From NCBI GenBank assembly GCA_000320545.1, contig ADNK01001475.1, positions 1-64,000 on the forward strand: DNA of 64,000 bases, read 5' to 3'. Within the stretch, counting starts at the first letter, position 1; each line of letters begins with the position of its first letter. Positions 26,619-37,663 of this stretch are shown here, one piece after another. A program made the translations under genes and the position numbers. The notes beneath the pieces are model-generated. The model did no database searches, was not told the DNA's origin, and saw only the letters and a program-made list of their open reading frames with translations. The stretch comes from Bigelowiella natans CCMP2755 (taxonomy: Eukaryota > Protista > Cercozoa).

Positions 26619-26863
26619 ACATATACTTACTATTATTCTATCTGACGATTAAAAGGATTCTCAGCGGCACTTGTTGGTGATGACGCCACTATTTATGAGT
26701 TGGTACTAATAACATTTCCTCGTCTGCATTTTCAGTCATTTTGTTAGAAGTTTCACAAGATACATACATAATTTTTTTCAGCAGTATGCTGATATTGTGC
26801 TCAAATAATTCACTCACACACACACACACACACACACAACGAGAGAGAGAAACATTATGAATA

Positions 26864-26938
<75 letters not shown>

Positions 26939-27515
26939 ATATTAAGAAAGATATTTTATTAAAAAAAGTACGAATAAAATTTAGGTTGTTCGCCATTATC
27001 TAGCATGCTTGAGCACAGATGCAAAAGCTTCATCTTTGGAAATCATTCTTGGTAAGTTGTATGTAGAAAAGGGAGGAATACTATTATACGTAGTAAACAA
27101 CACTTTATATAGGTGATTGAGAATAGTATAAGGTATTTTTTATGAGTTATTTGTTTAGAAAATCTTGATTAGACATTGGAATCATCCTTCCTGTGCGGCA
27201 GCTACTTACGTCCTCGCCTGCAAACTACGTGATGGAGTTTCAAGCCAACATCATTATATTATCAATTTGCAACTTCTAATTTCTACTACTAGTTCATAAC
27301 TCGGGTGAAAGGTTTCATACACGTGGGCTTACTGTTATCGAAAAGGGCTGGCTTTTGGTATTATAGTAGTAGTAGTAGTAGTAGTAGTAGTAGCAGCAGT
27401 AGTTTAGACCACCGCAAAACATCATGAATTAAATGAAGATAGAGTATTATTAGATTTTCACCCCCTCCCTAGAAATAAAATAAACGTTTGTTTTATTTGC
27501 AGCAATTGTTATGAT

Positions 27516-27548
<33 letters not shown>

Positions 27549-28179
27549 ACTACTACTACTATTACTACTACACAGAATAATATTTAACCGATGACGACGA
27601 AAACGACTATCAAAATGAAGACTTCTTATTAAATATGCTGCTGCTGTTATACTGTGGGATAATAATACAGGTCTACAGATACGAACGATGGGGTTCTGCT
27701 GCTTCTAACCCAACATGTGCAGCATTAAGATATTATTCCAAGAAAATAGGCTGCAAATTAGTGCCTCAAGAAGATGTGATGGTCAAAATTGTGGAAGGAA
27801 GCACAACTCCTCCAAGTCTTCTGACTGAATCTGAATTGGTATATCTATCATCTCTCTCTTAGTATGTATCACCTGATGATGATATTACTACTGTCACCAT
27901 TCTGTGTTTGCGGACGAGTATGTTAGATGGGATATTACTGGGTTGTTGAGGGGGGGGGTGAAGATTGGATTGATTGCACAAACAACATACCGCTTGGAAC
28001 TTATTCATGCATAGTACCAAGCAAGCATAAAATTGGTTATATTCAGTGTCTGTTGTTCCTCAATATCGTTATGTTTGCAGGTTGATAAAATGCACTCTAA
28101 CGGAATAGGTAATGAAGCATTAACTTATTTTAGTAATTAAACTGCTTGGTTGTGTGTGTAGGTGTAAGTGTGTGTAAGT

Positions 28180-28217
<38 letters not shown>

Positions 28218-29180
28218 ATTTTGGATGTGCTTTGTATGAATCTTCTTCCACAGGGACTGACGCTACAATAGCAGATCATGTTCAGAAAGTTCAGGATAGA
28301 TGCTATACATTTCTTGTATCCGATGGAAGGAGGAGGAGGGGGAATAATGGTGACACAGCAGCAAGTACTTCTAACTGCCGTCGTTCCAGATTTCATCCAA
28401 GCAACTTGGGAGTGGCTTTGATTGAAGGATACAAAAATATGGAGGCAAAAGGCATGTTTACACCAGATTTGAGGTATTATTATTAAATTGTTCCATACCA
28501 CGTTAAGATACAGATAAAGATTCCTCATTTTATGTTTATTGTATCATAATAATCAAGTTTTAGATGTTTTTGAAAATTTTGATGATGAAAAGAGATAAGT
28601 TAGAGAGCTGCAAATTACTCTTCCACATACATTCATGATATGGAATCATAAAATATGTATCAGCACATAGATCAATTTCTCACGTTATTCTTTATCCTGC
28701 ATACGGAATCATCATAATTATCTTCAAATTCCTAAGGAGGCAAATGGAACGCGATGTGCAGCTTATATCGGAGAACAAACGCAAGGTAAAAAAGATCATC
28801 TATGATGGAAAAAGCCCACTAGATTCTTTGTGAAATTGCTTTAGTAAAGTTATTTGTTAAAAATGCAGTAATAAGACATTTAAGTGTCGTCAATTAGGCT
28901 GAAGAAGTTATTGAAGAGGCTCTTGTACAGATGGAGGGTGTTTTTAACGCGGTAGTATGTCATTTTTGAAAGAATCGATAGCATTTGTCATCCAAGAATC
29001 TGCAACAATAGACAGCAGCATTATCAAATTTCAAAATATAAAACTATTTTCCCTTTTTTGAGTATTTTTTATTTATAGGTCTCCAGTCGATCTAAAGTAT
29101 TAGATGAATCTGTCCGAAAATGGTGCAATGGAAATCAGAATAAACCAGGCTTTCACCCCTACGATCTTGCACCTATTTAA
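18050..29180 (+). CDS. TOP3A: DNA topoisomerase III alpha-type (type IA), >20 exons, with an N-terminal GRF zinc finger; 5' end uncertain
   Basis: [44 protein letters not shown], catalytic ISYPRTDT (Tyr 26243-26245), [11 protein letters not shown] and GIGTDAT (alpha-type rather than the beta-type DHPPITP/GTDAS); stop 29178-29180. Confidence 0.93.
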
Positions 29181-29329
29181 TAGTTGGGATGGACGCCCTA
29201 ACAAATGTAAAATCATAATAGAAAGTTTATGAAAGATAATGCATCAAACATCCTGTTACTGTCCTCTAAGCTTTCTCTGTGCTTTCTTCTTCGTCACATA
29301 GCACTGCGACGATGTACGTGTTACCATAG

Positions 29330-29900
29330 TGAGAATCCAAATGTTAATTTAAGAATGACCGAAAATGCACCCGTTCTTGCTAAGTGCGAAAATGCCGCTA
29401 CACATGTAGCTACACATCGACAGAGACGGTGATGCCGCCTGTGCATGTAGTGGCGTGAACAGTCATCATCACCTATACGACGTGTCTCTCATAAAGCATC
29501 CATTATTCAACACTTGTGCTTGTGTCTTCAAAGTTTGTGCTCATTTCCACACACATGTACTGCAAACAACATGTTTGCCTGAGACGGGTCAGGGTCAGGG
29601 TTGCGGGTACGTGAGATTGCAAATGCGACAAGGTCGCATGACACAGTGACTGTGCGTGCTGTGTGCGATGTAGCAACAAAAGTGCGATTTTGCACACTGC
29701 ATTCTACTGTGGTAATCATAGACACGTAACATCTATTGTGGTGTGCAAGTAATCTAGTAATCCTGCAACGCATGTGAAATGCACAGAATTTTCATTGTGG
29801 TTTGTTTTGTCATGTGGTGATGCACGTCTTTTCATCATTATTGGTGCAAATTGAATGCATGATCATATGTATGTTATATGTGCTATTACTATGTCCATTG
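29330..29900. other. TpA-depleted intergenic island (partial conversion)
   Basis: TG/CA-rich; includes GGGTCA GGGTCA GGGTTG (29586-29603), read as converted GGGTTA. Confidence 0.65.
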
Positions 29901-30433
29901 TCATACTTTGCTTGTCGCAACTATGTAGCAACCCAAAATCTAGCAACTGTATGAGATATGCTTGCAAATACAGTAATGTCGTGATATTATCTATTTGCGT
30001 CATGCTATTATTCCGAATAGTCGAATATCTCAACATTTCTCGTAGGAAATATTTTATCCTTCTCTACTCTCCTTCTCCCCGAATTGTAGACAGATTAGAA
30101 TCCGCTTTGTGCATTGCATTTTATGTCCAATTGGGTGTGCACCTGGAAACACACAATGGTTGTGAATCTGACTTCAGGATTTTAACGCAGGTGTGCCACG
30201 TGATCGATCGTGTCAATGTTAAGTCTGGTCGTCATTGGGAGGTACCATTTGACGCGCAGAACGTGATGAAAGAAATTTCGCAACGCAAATGGGAAGGACT
30301 GTGGGCGAAGCTCTTGCCAATTAACGTAGCAAAACAAGACGCACACAGTCTAGACAGTTGGACAAAAAACATGCCATACATAGTTACAGGCATAAATCGC
30401 ATATATGCTCACATGTTCGCACTAGTCACCTAG
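29855..30433 (+). CDS. Uninterrupted ORF of unknown function (possibly an element-borne or decayed gene)
   Basis: 192-codon open frame of non-low-complexity composition; no recognisable motif. Confidence 0.3.
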   Translation: MHDHMYVICAITMSIVILCLSQLCSNPKSSNCMRYACKYSNVVILSICVMLLFRIVEYLNISRRKYFILLYSPSPRIVDRLESALCIAFYVQLGVHLETHNGCESDFRILTQVCHVIDRVNVKSGRHWEVPFDAQNVMKEISQRKWEGLWAKLLPINVAKQDAHSLDSWTKNMPYIVTGINRIYAHMFALVT

Positions 30434-30601
30434 ACTACATCGGGCGGATGATAATGCATGTTATAATAGCTGATGGCGATGCTATGTCACGTTGCAACGC
30501 GTTTTGACGTTTCACAACATGCAATTTAATATCTATATATGGTATTACATGTCTATAATAAAAGATTTAATCAATTTGTACAATGTATTGCATGTCTATC
30601 A

Positions 30602-30762
30602 TGTTTACTAGTGATTGTGCAATGGGATATTTGATATTTGTAATATGTGTATTGTTTAGTGTGTGTGGAAAAAGTAAAAAGTACAATATTCGCAAACTAT
30701 ATATATATATATTTTACATAGCACATAGTACACATATCATATTGAACAATCACTAGTAAACA
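30602..30762. mobile_element. Small inverted-repeat (MITE-like) structure
   Basis: tgtttactagtgattgtgcaatgggatatttg (30602-30633) vs the reverse complement of 30731-30762 (tgtttactagtgattgttcaatatgatatgtg); AT-rich interior. Confidence 0.45.
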
Positions 30763-30914
30763 CATTGATGCCCTCTATTGCATCCATAGCAATTTGTCAT
30801 GTCGGAATTGTTCACATTGCATGGCTAGATGGCGCAAATGAGGCAATGTTGCCACAGTATTTGAACTTGATCTTCTTTTGAGTGACACAATTCAACAAAG
30901 CTAGGAACGTGTGC

Positions 30915-31316
30915 TCACTTCATCCCTCCTTGCTGGCCAACGGAAACTACTCCATCGTCGGGCACAACCCAAATGTTGATCATGTGCAGCTTCTCCCTCA
31001 CCATGATCGTGTCGACAATCTGGTAGTAGGACAGCACTGGGAAGACACAGGCTTTCAGTGGCCACATGCTGTCTTCAATTCCGTAATGCGCAGTCAACTC
31101 CCTGTACGCGACGCAAAATGTACAACACGGGCAGAACTGCACTGCAAGGCAGCATTTCCAAAAGCTTCCCCAGTCTTCCTTGCCCTTGATTTGCGACGTG
31201 GCGCTCCCCCACATGCAGGGCATGCAGCAGATGCAATTTGGGATGCAGCACGGCATCATGGCACAGCCTTTCACTGAGAAGCAGCCGAAGAAGCCATTGT
31301 TCCATTCATTCGACAT
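30915..31316 (-). CDS. PLAC8/cornifelin-like Cys-rich protein, 133 aa, intronless
   Basis: MSNEWNNGFFGCFS...CCIPNCICCMPCMWG...CCLAVQFCPCC...RELTAHYGIED...ACVFPVLSYYQI fits PLAC8 (W..GL.GCF, CPC, R..YGI, C..C...Q); GC-rich third positions. Confidence 0.8.
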   Translation of the reverse strand: MSNEWNNGFFGCFSVKGCAMMPCCIPNCICCMPCMWGSATSQIKGKEDWGSFWKCCLAVQFCPCCTFCVAYRELTAHYGIEDSMWPLKACVFPVLSYYQIVDTIMVREKLHMINIWVVPDDGVVSVGQQGGMK

Positions 31317-31558
31317 GGCGATTTTGTGTCTGTTGGGGTGTGATGAAGAGCGTTGTGGAGGACTGTGGAGGTGAGACAATTGTGTTCAATGGACAGATTA
31401 AGCACATATTCGCCCCGATTTCCTGGTTTTAGCCTGCATTCGTGCGATTTTATGGAACAGAAAAGCCATCGTTGATTTCCCGACGTTTCAAAATGACTAA
31501 AAAATGTGCACCAGAGACTCTCGAGATGTTCTCCGAATTTCAAATTGGCGCGCGATGC

Positions 31559-31870
31559 GGTAATGGGCGGGGGTTTTCGGTCACAAGGGTGGCTTTTCCT
31601 CCTACCCCTGAACCACATTCCGGTTCACCGGTGGGATAGACATACATGTCGCCCCAGCCACCGGTGACTCGGTAGCTAGATGAAGGATGTATGGATCTGT
31701 ATTCAAGATTCAAAGTTACATTCGCCGAAGTGGTAATGGGCGGGGGGGTTTTCGGTTACGAGGGTGGCTTTTCCCCTTATCCCTGAACCACATTCCTTTT
31801 CACCGGTGGGGCAGGCCACTGGCGAATTGGCTGCCAAATGAAGGATTTTCGGATCTATATCTGAGATTCA
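31559..31870. repeat. ~140-155-bp diverged direct repeat x2
   Basis: ggtaatgggcggggg..ttttcggtYacRagggtggcttttcc...ccctgaaccacattcc..ttcaccggtggg...atgaaggat...agattca at 31559-31712 and 31732-31870. Confidence 0.85.
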
Positions 31871-31924
31871 TCCCGGGTGAATCCCGTCAGGATGAAGGTG
31901 TCCTCCTCAAACTTTATGCCCTCC

Positions 31925-32133
31925 AGGCAATGTCTCCGTTGGGCCGGGGACGTTGTGGTTGGCGTGAAGCTAGTGCTTCTAATTGCAATGATGGGGGCTA
32001 TGTCTCCGCAAAAGCCGGGGATGTTGTGGTCATTGCGAAGCTCGTTGTCCAAGTGGACTAGGTAGGAAGAATGCATCCTCCTCCATCTTCATGCCTTCCA
32101 GCGAGGGCAATGTCTCCGCAAAAGCCGGGGATG
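31925..32133 (+). repeat. Three dispersed copies of a ~28-bp motif GGCWATGTCTCCGCAAAAGCCGGGGATG
   Basis: Copies at ~31926 (diverged), ~31996 and ~32106; encodes AMSPQKPGM in the ORF frame. Confidence 0.75.
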
Positions 32134-32586
32134 CCTAAATTCCACCAGCGGAAATTCTGTGGATGGCCGTTGTCGGTTCTCCGGAAAGATGGGCTTCTTG
32201 ACAAGTTGCTCACGGAGAAAGAAGATGAACCAAAACAGTTCCAACCTGTCACAAGAATTGTGGATCGCGGCCTTCAGCATCAGGAAAGGGTAGTGTTAGA
32301 ATGGTTGGAAACCTTCATGGAAATCAACCAGGAGAACGGGAAAGCGCAGTTCAAATTCAAAAACAATGACCGAGTTAAAACGATGTTCTTCGACGAAAGG
32401 ATCGCACACATGCACAACGTGACAGGAATTTTGGTGTCTAGGATTCACGATCGCTTGCGTCATGATCAAAAAATGAAAAACAATGAGCAAAATGGGGCTC
32501 ATTTCGAGGAACTCTTAGAGCGTACCGACAAGTGTTTTCTTCTGATGGAATCAACGTGCTCAAAGCGAAACATGTTGAAACAATGA
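32071..32586 (+). pseudogene. Intronless ORF, partly TpA-converted; unknown product
   Basis: 171 aa with no Tyr (KFHQRKFCGW and AHMHNV read as converted KFYQRKFYGW and AYIYNV). Confidence 0.45.
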
Positions 32587-32691
32587 TCATCATGAACAAT
32601 CGTACCTCACACTGCACTTGTCAGCATTCACAAGCATGCAATGACGTGTGCATGATGTGTGTGCTCAGTTTCGAAAAACTAGTTCACATGT

Positions 32692-33885
32692 GTGCATGAA
32701 TGTGCAATGGTCATGGCATTGCGCGTGCTTGTGTCATTGGATGTCTTCTCAGACGTTTCCTTCGCATGCAACGGGATGTGTGGTTTTGTCTGTGGTGTTG
32801 CCATTTTGCGCTTCCGGGAACACGGTTTGGCGCAACTACCCCCCCCATCAGAAGACATGGATGCAAACAACATGGAAGTGGATCAAAGGAATGCGAAATC
32901 GTCGCTTTTGCAGACACTGAAGAGGCTCAAAGCTGTTCTTCACCACACACTTGACATTGAAAGGGGGGTGGGATTGGTTGAATCGGGTTTGTTGAATCTC
33001 ATCAAACAAGCAAAGAAGAAGAGCACACTCAAAGATGTTCTTTTTCACATGCACAACATTGAAAGAGGAGCGGGATTGGCTGAATCGCTCTTGATGAATC
33101 TCATGAAAGAAGCAAAGAAGAACGTGCATGAACATTGCAGTTCTTCCGTGAGCGTTGATCAGACAGTTGGTGCAATGAGTTCACGGACACAAGGAGCATC
33201 GTGCACAAAAAAATGAAGGTCAAGAGAAGAAAACGCCGAGTTGGTTGTGCTGGCACGATGTCGTGTTCATCCAAAGGCAAAGAGGTTGTTGGAGGAAGAA
33301 GAAGCAAGCGTGTCAAACGATGGTCCAATGAATGTGGACCACGTTTGTCCAAGTGGAGTGCATGTCACATGCATCAAGGACATCAAGAGTCTTTTTGAGC
33401 ACGATCAACGACATCATTGAAGTTGCACAATGCACGCGCAGGATCATGCATGACCTGAACAAGTGCACACGTTTGGCTGGCGGCACAATGACTCGACAGG
33501 ACACCAAAATCACACGATGCACAGCTCAGACATGGCAAAGCTTGTTGATCAAACACGCACAATCAAGAACTCAAGTTCATGCATTTAGCCGATGCAAATG
33601 AAAACGAATGGATTGATTTTGACACAGACACAACTTGAGATGATGTCAATGTTTGTCGAAGAAGAAGCGGATGCACTTGTCATGGACACGCAACATCACA
33701 TGCATGTTGCACATGCTTTGTGTCCAACACACCACAGCAAACAAAGAAAAGCAATGATGCCATGCATCATGAACAAACCACGTTTGCTCTTCGTTCATGC
33801 GCAAGCAGCAATCTCTGGATCTAGTGGAGCTAGCAACATGCGAGCAATGCCAGAATGCGATGTGTGCATGCATGATGACATCTAG
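32692..33885 (+). pseudogene. Run of short intronless ORFs (32692-33216, 33201-33398, 33332-33601, 33592-33885), almost fully TpA-converted
   Basis: No Tyr and excess His/Cys/Met; internal ~34-aa repeat LKxVLxHxxxIERGxGLxESxLxNLxKxAKK; zero TA between 32839 and 33585. Confidence 0.45.
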
Positions 33886-34532
33886 ACATGTGCAATGTGG
33901 CTTTTTAGCTTTCTCCTTGCCATTTAGCCATTTCAATCATCTAGTCGCATGTGCACACAGTCGTCATTTGATGGAGTGCACCCTGCACGTCATGCAACTG
34001 TGCGTAGAAACGCACATGCAGTGGTGCACATCACACACATCTAGACATGTCACACAATCACATGCATTACACATGCACAATGTGTCTAGCTATTGTTGCA
34101 CACAATCTGTGCTAGATGTAGCAGCAGATCGATGAGATGGCACATAGGCATGTAATGACGAGAAATATGCCTAGATTCTAGCTAGCTAGCATGCATGTAC
34201 ATGCACACAGCACACATGTTGCGTCTTTTACACACGTTATGCACTTATTTAATGCTGCATCGCAGTCGTGCTATGTTTCCGTCATGTATGTGGAAGCATA
34301 CTGCTATAGGCAGCAGTTTACGTACTTTTCGCCACTAACATATGTTAACTATGACGAGTAGTTTATTATCTCTCGGTATAGCGTCCTCACCATAGAGCAT
34401 TATCGTATATGCCATACTAGCAGGTAAAGTGGTGTCATCTTTTGTTATTATTCCTGCACAATCCACAAATAATTGTACAAGATTAGGCAAATTTATGCGT
34501 TGACACAGCACTGTATCAATATGACTGTTATC

Positions 34533-37042
34533 TTAAAGAGATGATCTAAGAGGATAACCGCCCATTGCAGCTTTGAATACTGAAAGAGCTTTTCCCTTCT
34601 CGATCTTCTTTCCGCACTCAATGAGAGCACCTTCGATAGCCTCAATCACAGTCACCATATGCTGTCGCTTTGGGTCAATTGCACTCAGACCCATATGTCC
34701 AACACGAAAGTAGGTCATTTTGATCTTTTTGTGAAGTCCCCCTGCGAGGATTACACCACGCTTAGAAATTTTAGGGAGTAGAGAAGCCTTCGTCACTCCC
34801 TCTGGAAACTTAATGGCACTTAAAGTATTCGCAGCGTGCTGTATAGCATCAGAACAAATTAAAAGTTAAAAAAACTATCTTTTCTTTAAATCAATTTTAA
34901 ATTTTCTGTAGAAATGGAGGAAGTTTTTCAATGAGGGATTCAGTCAAGAAAAGACAACTGTGATTTTAAAATCTATTCGCTCATAAGCTAGTACTACTAC
35001 TACCAAAAAATCTACTGCTACTACCACCCACCCACCTTTTTGTCAGTAGCTACCAAGCTAAGCCCCATGGAATAGCAAGCAGCTTTGAAAGCTAAACTGG
35101 TTTTGAGATGGCGATCAAATACTTGTTCCATGCCAATATCCAGCAATTTTTTGCATGCCACATAAAGGCCACGGATTAGAGTGACTGCTGGAGTAGCGAA
35201 ATAGGCCGCTTTTCTCTCTTCATATGCTTGCATAATAGGAAGCCTATTCCAACAAACGTTATGAATTAAACCGAACTATCACCATTCACAATATACTCGC
35301 CGCAGAAATGTTGTTGCTCACAGTTCTTATTCGTATTATAGCTGTTTGTACTGACTGACTGACTGCTACCAGTGAGCGGCATTCGCAAAATAGCTGAGTA
35401 TAGGGGTATTGCGACTTTTCACTGCGCGCAGAGCTTTCTGAGAATTAGAGAAAACAAGGAAAAAATCACCACCGTCCTAAATATTCATAACTTCGTTTAC
35501 ATTTTTCATGTACCAGGTATTTCATGATGCAATTTATGATAATGATAATCCTTTCCATGAACCAGATATTTCATATTGCAATTTATATGATGATAATTCG
35601 ATGTTTCAATCTGTTAAAAACGATATGACTACTACTACCTGACTCATAACACAGACCATCAATCCAGGTGGCACACCAAGAGCCTTCTGAGACCCTGTCA
35701 GCGCAGCATCAATGCCCCAGTCATCAAATTGAAGTTCCTGAAAAGGGCCAGTTAGTTAGTCATAGGAGGGGAGAAGATGTGAATGAGAAACAATACTTCT
35801 CATTTTGCATGAAAACAAATGGGACAAGATAAAGAACACATTGTTCTTTGTAGACAAAACTCATTAAACATAATGTCCCAATTACAACTAATTGTAAAGA
35901 TTACTAATGTGTCGTCATAAATGGTTATTGTGTGATTGGATACATTCTATCTTCATTATTTTGTAGAATTACTAGTACCTCAGCAGCAAACGCACAAACG
36001 CCATCAACCGTAACCAAGCACTCAGGTTGTATTTTTTTCACGATCGATGCAAGAGTTTTGATATCGTTCTTTACACCAGTTGAAGTATCAACTTGGGTGA
36101 GACACACGATCTTATACTTTTCCTTTTTAAGAGCAGCTTCCAACATCTTTGGGCACACTGCTGCCCCAACAGGCATTTGAAGGTTTACAACTTGGCCCTT
36201 GTAAGCTTTGATACACATTGCCCAGGAATCACTGGAACACAGAAGGTGAAATTTAGATTGATACGTACTTCTTGGTGACATCATTAAAAGAGAAAGTGAC
36301 TATATCACATGCAAATTAGTAGACACCAAGAGGAAAAACGGTCTGTCTGAATCATAATTAAGTTATAGTTGTAATCTGCACTTCGGTTATCATCTTTTAA
36401 ACACATCTACTACTACCTAAAGTAGCCCGTGTTGCAGATAAGCGCTTTCTCTCCAGGTTCCAAAAGATTACAAGCAACGAAATCCCATCCGAGAGAACCA
36501 CTTCCAGCAATAACGAAGGGCTGTCCGGTGCTGCCAACATAAATCATTAGTCACTAGTGATAGAAAACGGTTAGAGGTATCAATTTCACATTACAGATGG
36601 AAAACTGGGGTACTATTACTAAAAATAAGCATGAAGAGACTAAGAAAACCTCATCACTATTGAGGAACGTGAATTATAAAACGACGAAAGAAACTGGGAG
36701 GAGACTATATCAGATTCACGGGAGCCCCAATATACAGAGGAAGAAGCAAGAATTTTTTCCTCAATATAAAGTGCAAACCAATGTAGAAAGATTTTCTCTC
36801 TGCAAATTTACCTAGTAAGGAAAACTTTTCGCAACATTCCGATCGTGGCCCCGAACTCCTCGATAAAGCTGTAGAATATTTTGTGTAAGTGGCGACTGCA
36901 GAAGAATACTAACCTGCTTTACATCTCAAATAAACCTTGGAGCGACGTGAGAAGGCGAGGCTTCGCCAACCACCTTCAAAACATCCTCGTGGAACTCACA
37001 TGGTCCAGGGATCATCAGCAATTTACCATCGTTTTGGGGCAT
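34533..37042 (-). CDS. AGXT: Alanine-glyoxylate / serine-glyoxylate aminotransferase (class V PLP enzyme), multi-exon, probable peroxisomal PTS1
   Basis: MPQNDGKLLMIPGP, GSGSLGWD, LTQVDTSTGV, VDGVCAF, DAALTGSQKALGVPPG (PLP Lys), YFATPAV, YFRVGHMG; ends -RSSL*. Confidence 0.95.
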
Positions 37043-37663
37043 ATTTTAATAGTGGAGGGGTTTTCCAGCCCTTCTGTTCTTTTTCCAAGAGTTGAAAATT
37101 TTATGCTTTCGTGATCTTTGAATCAACGTCGATCGCTTTCTCTCTTGTGGGAGTGGAGCCAATTGAGTTTTGAGGGGTAAGTGTAGTTTGGGTTGGGTGT
37201 CTTCTTCTCCTTTCTTCACGAAAGACAATTCAATTTAAATATATTGTCAATCGTGTCTCTCTCAATGAAATGATGCCATTTTGGAATATTTTATGCCTGT
37301 TTCATATGTCGTTTTAAACCACTCTGCTTTCGGTAGCGAAGACTCAAAAAAACCATTTTGACTGCAAATACCCAAATTGAGAAGGACAAACCCAACCTGT
37401 TTCGGTCATAAAACAGCACAATTGCTCTTTTGGGAATCAAAACAAGACCTCCTATTACTTCCGAAAAACACCGTATTTGCTGGAAAATAGCACATAATGA
37501 CCCGCTTACGGTTCTTCCCACCGGAAACAAGGAGAAAAGCTTTTTATTGTGTGGATTTACCGTGAGAAATAAAGGGAGAAACCTGTTAAATCTTAGTTAT
37601 AGCGTAAATCTTTTGATAATTTCTCCTTCTCATCATTTAAATGTGCCGTTGTCAGATACATGT

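Noticed and set aside
31925-32133. CRISPR-like array
   Set aside because: Only three copies, unequal spacing, one diverged, no cas genes, eukaryotic context.
33210-33601. ATGA stop/start overlaps (33213, 33598) as prokaryote-style translational coupling
   Set aside because: ATGA is exactly what ATAA becomes after TA->TG, so the ATGs may be artefacts of conversion.
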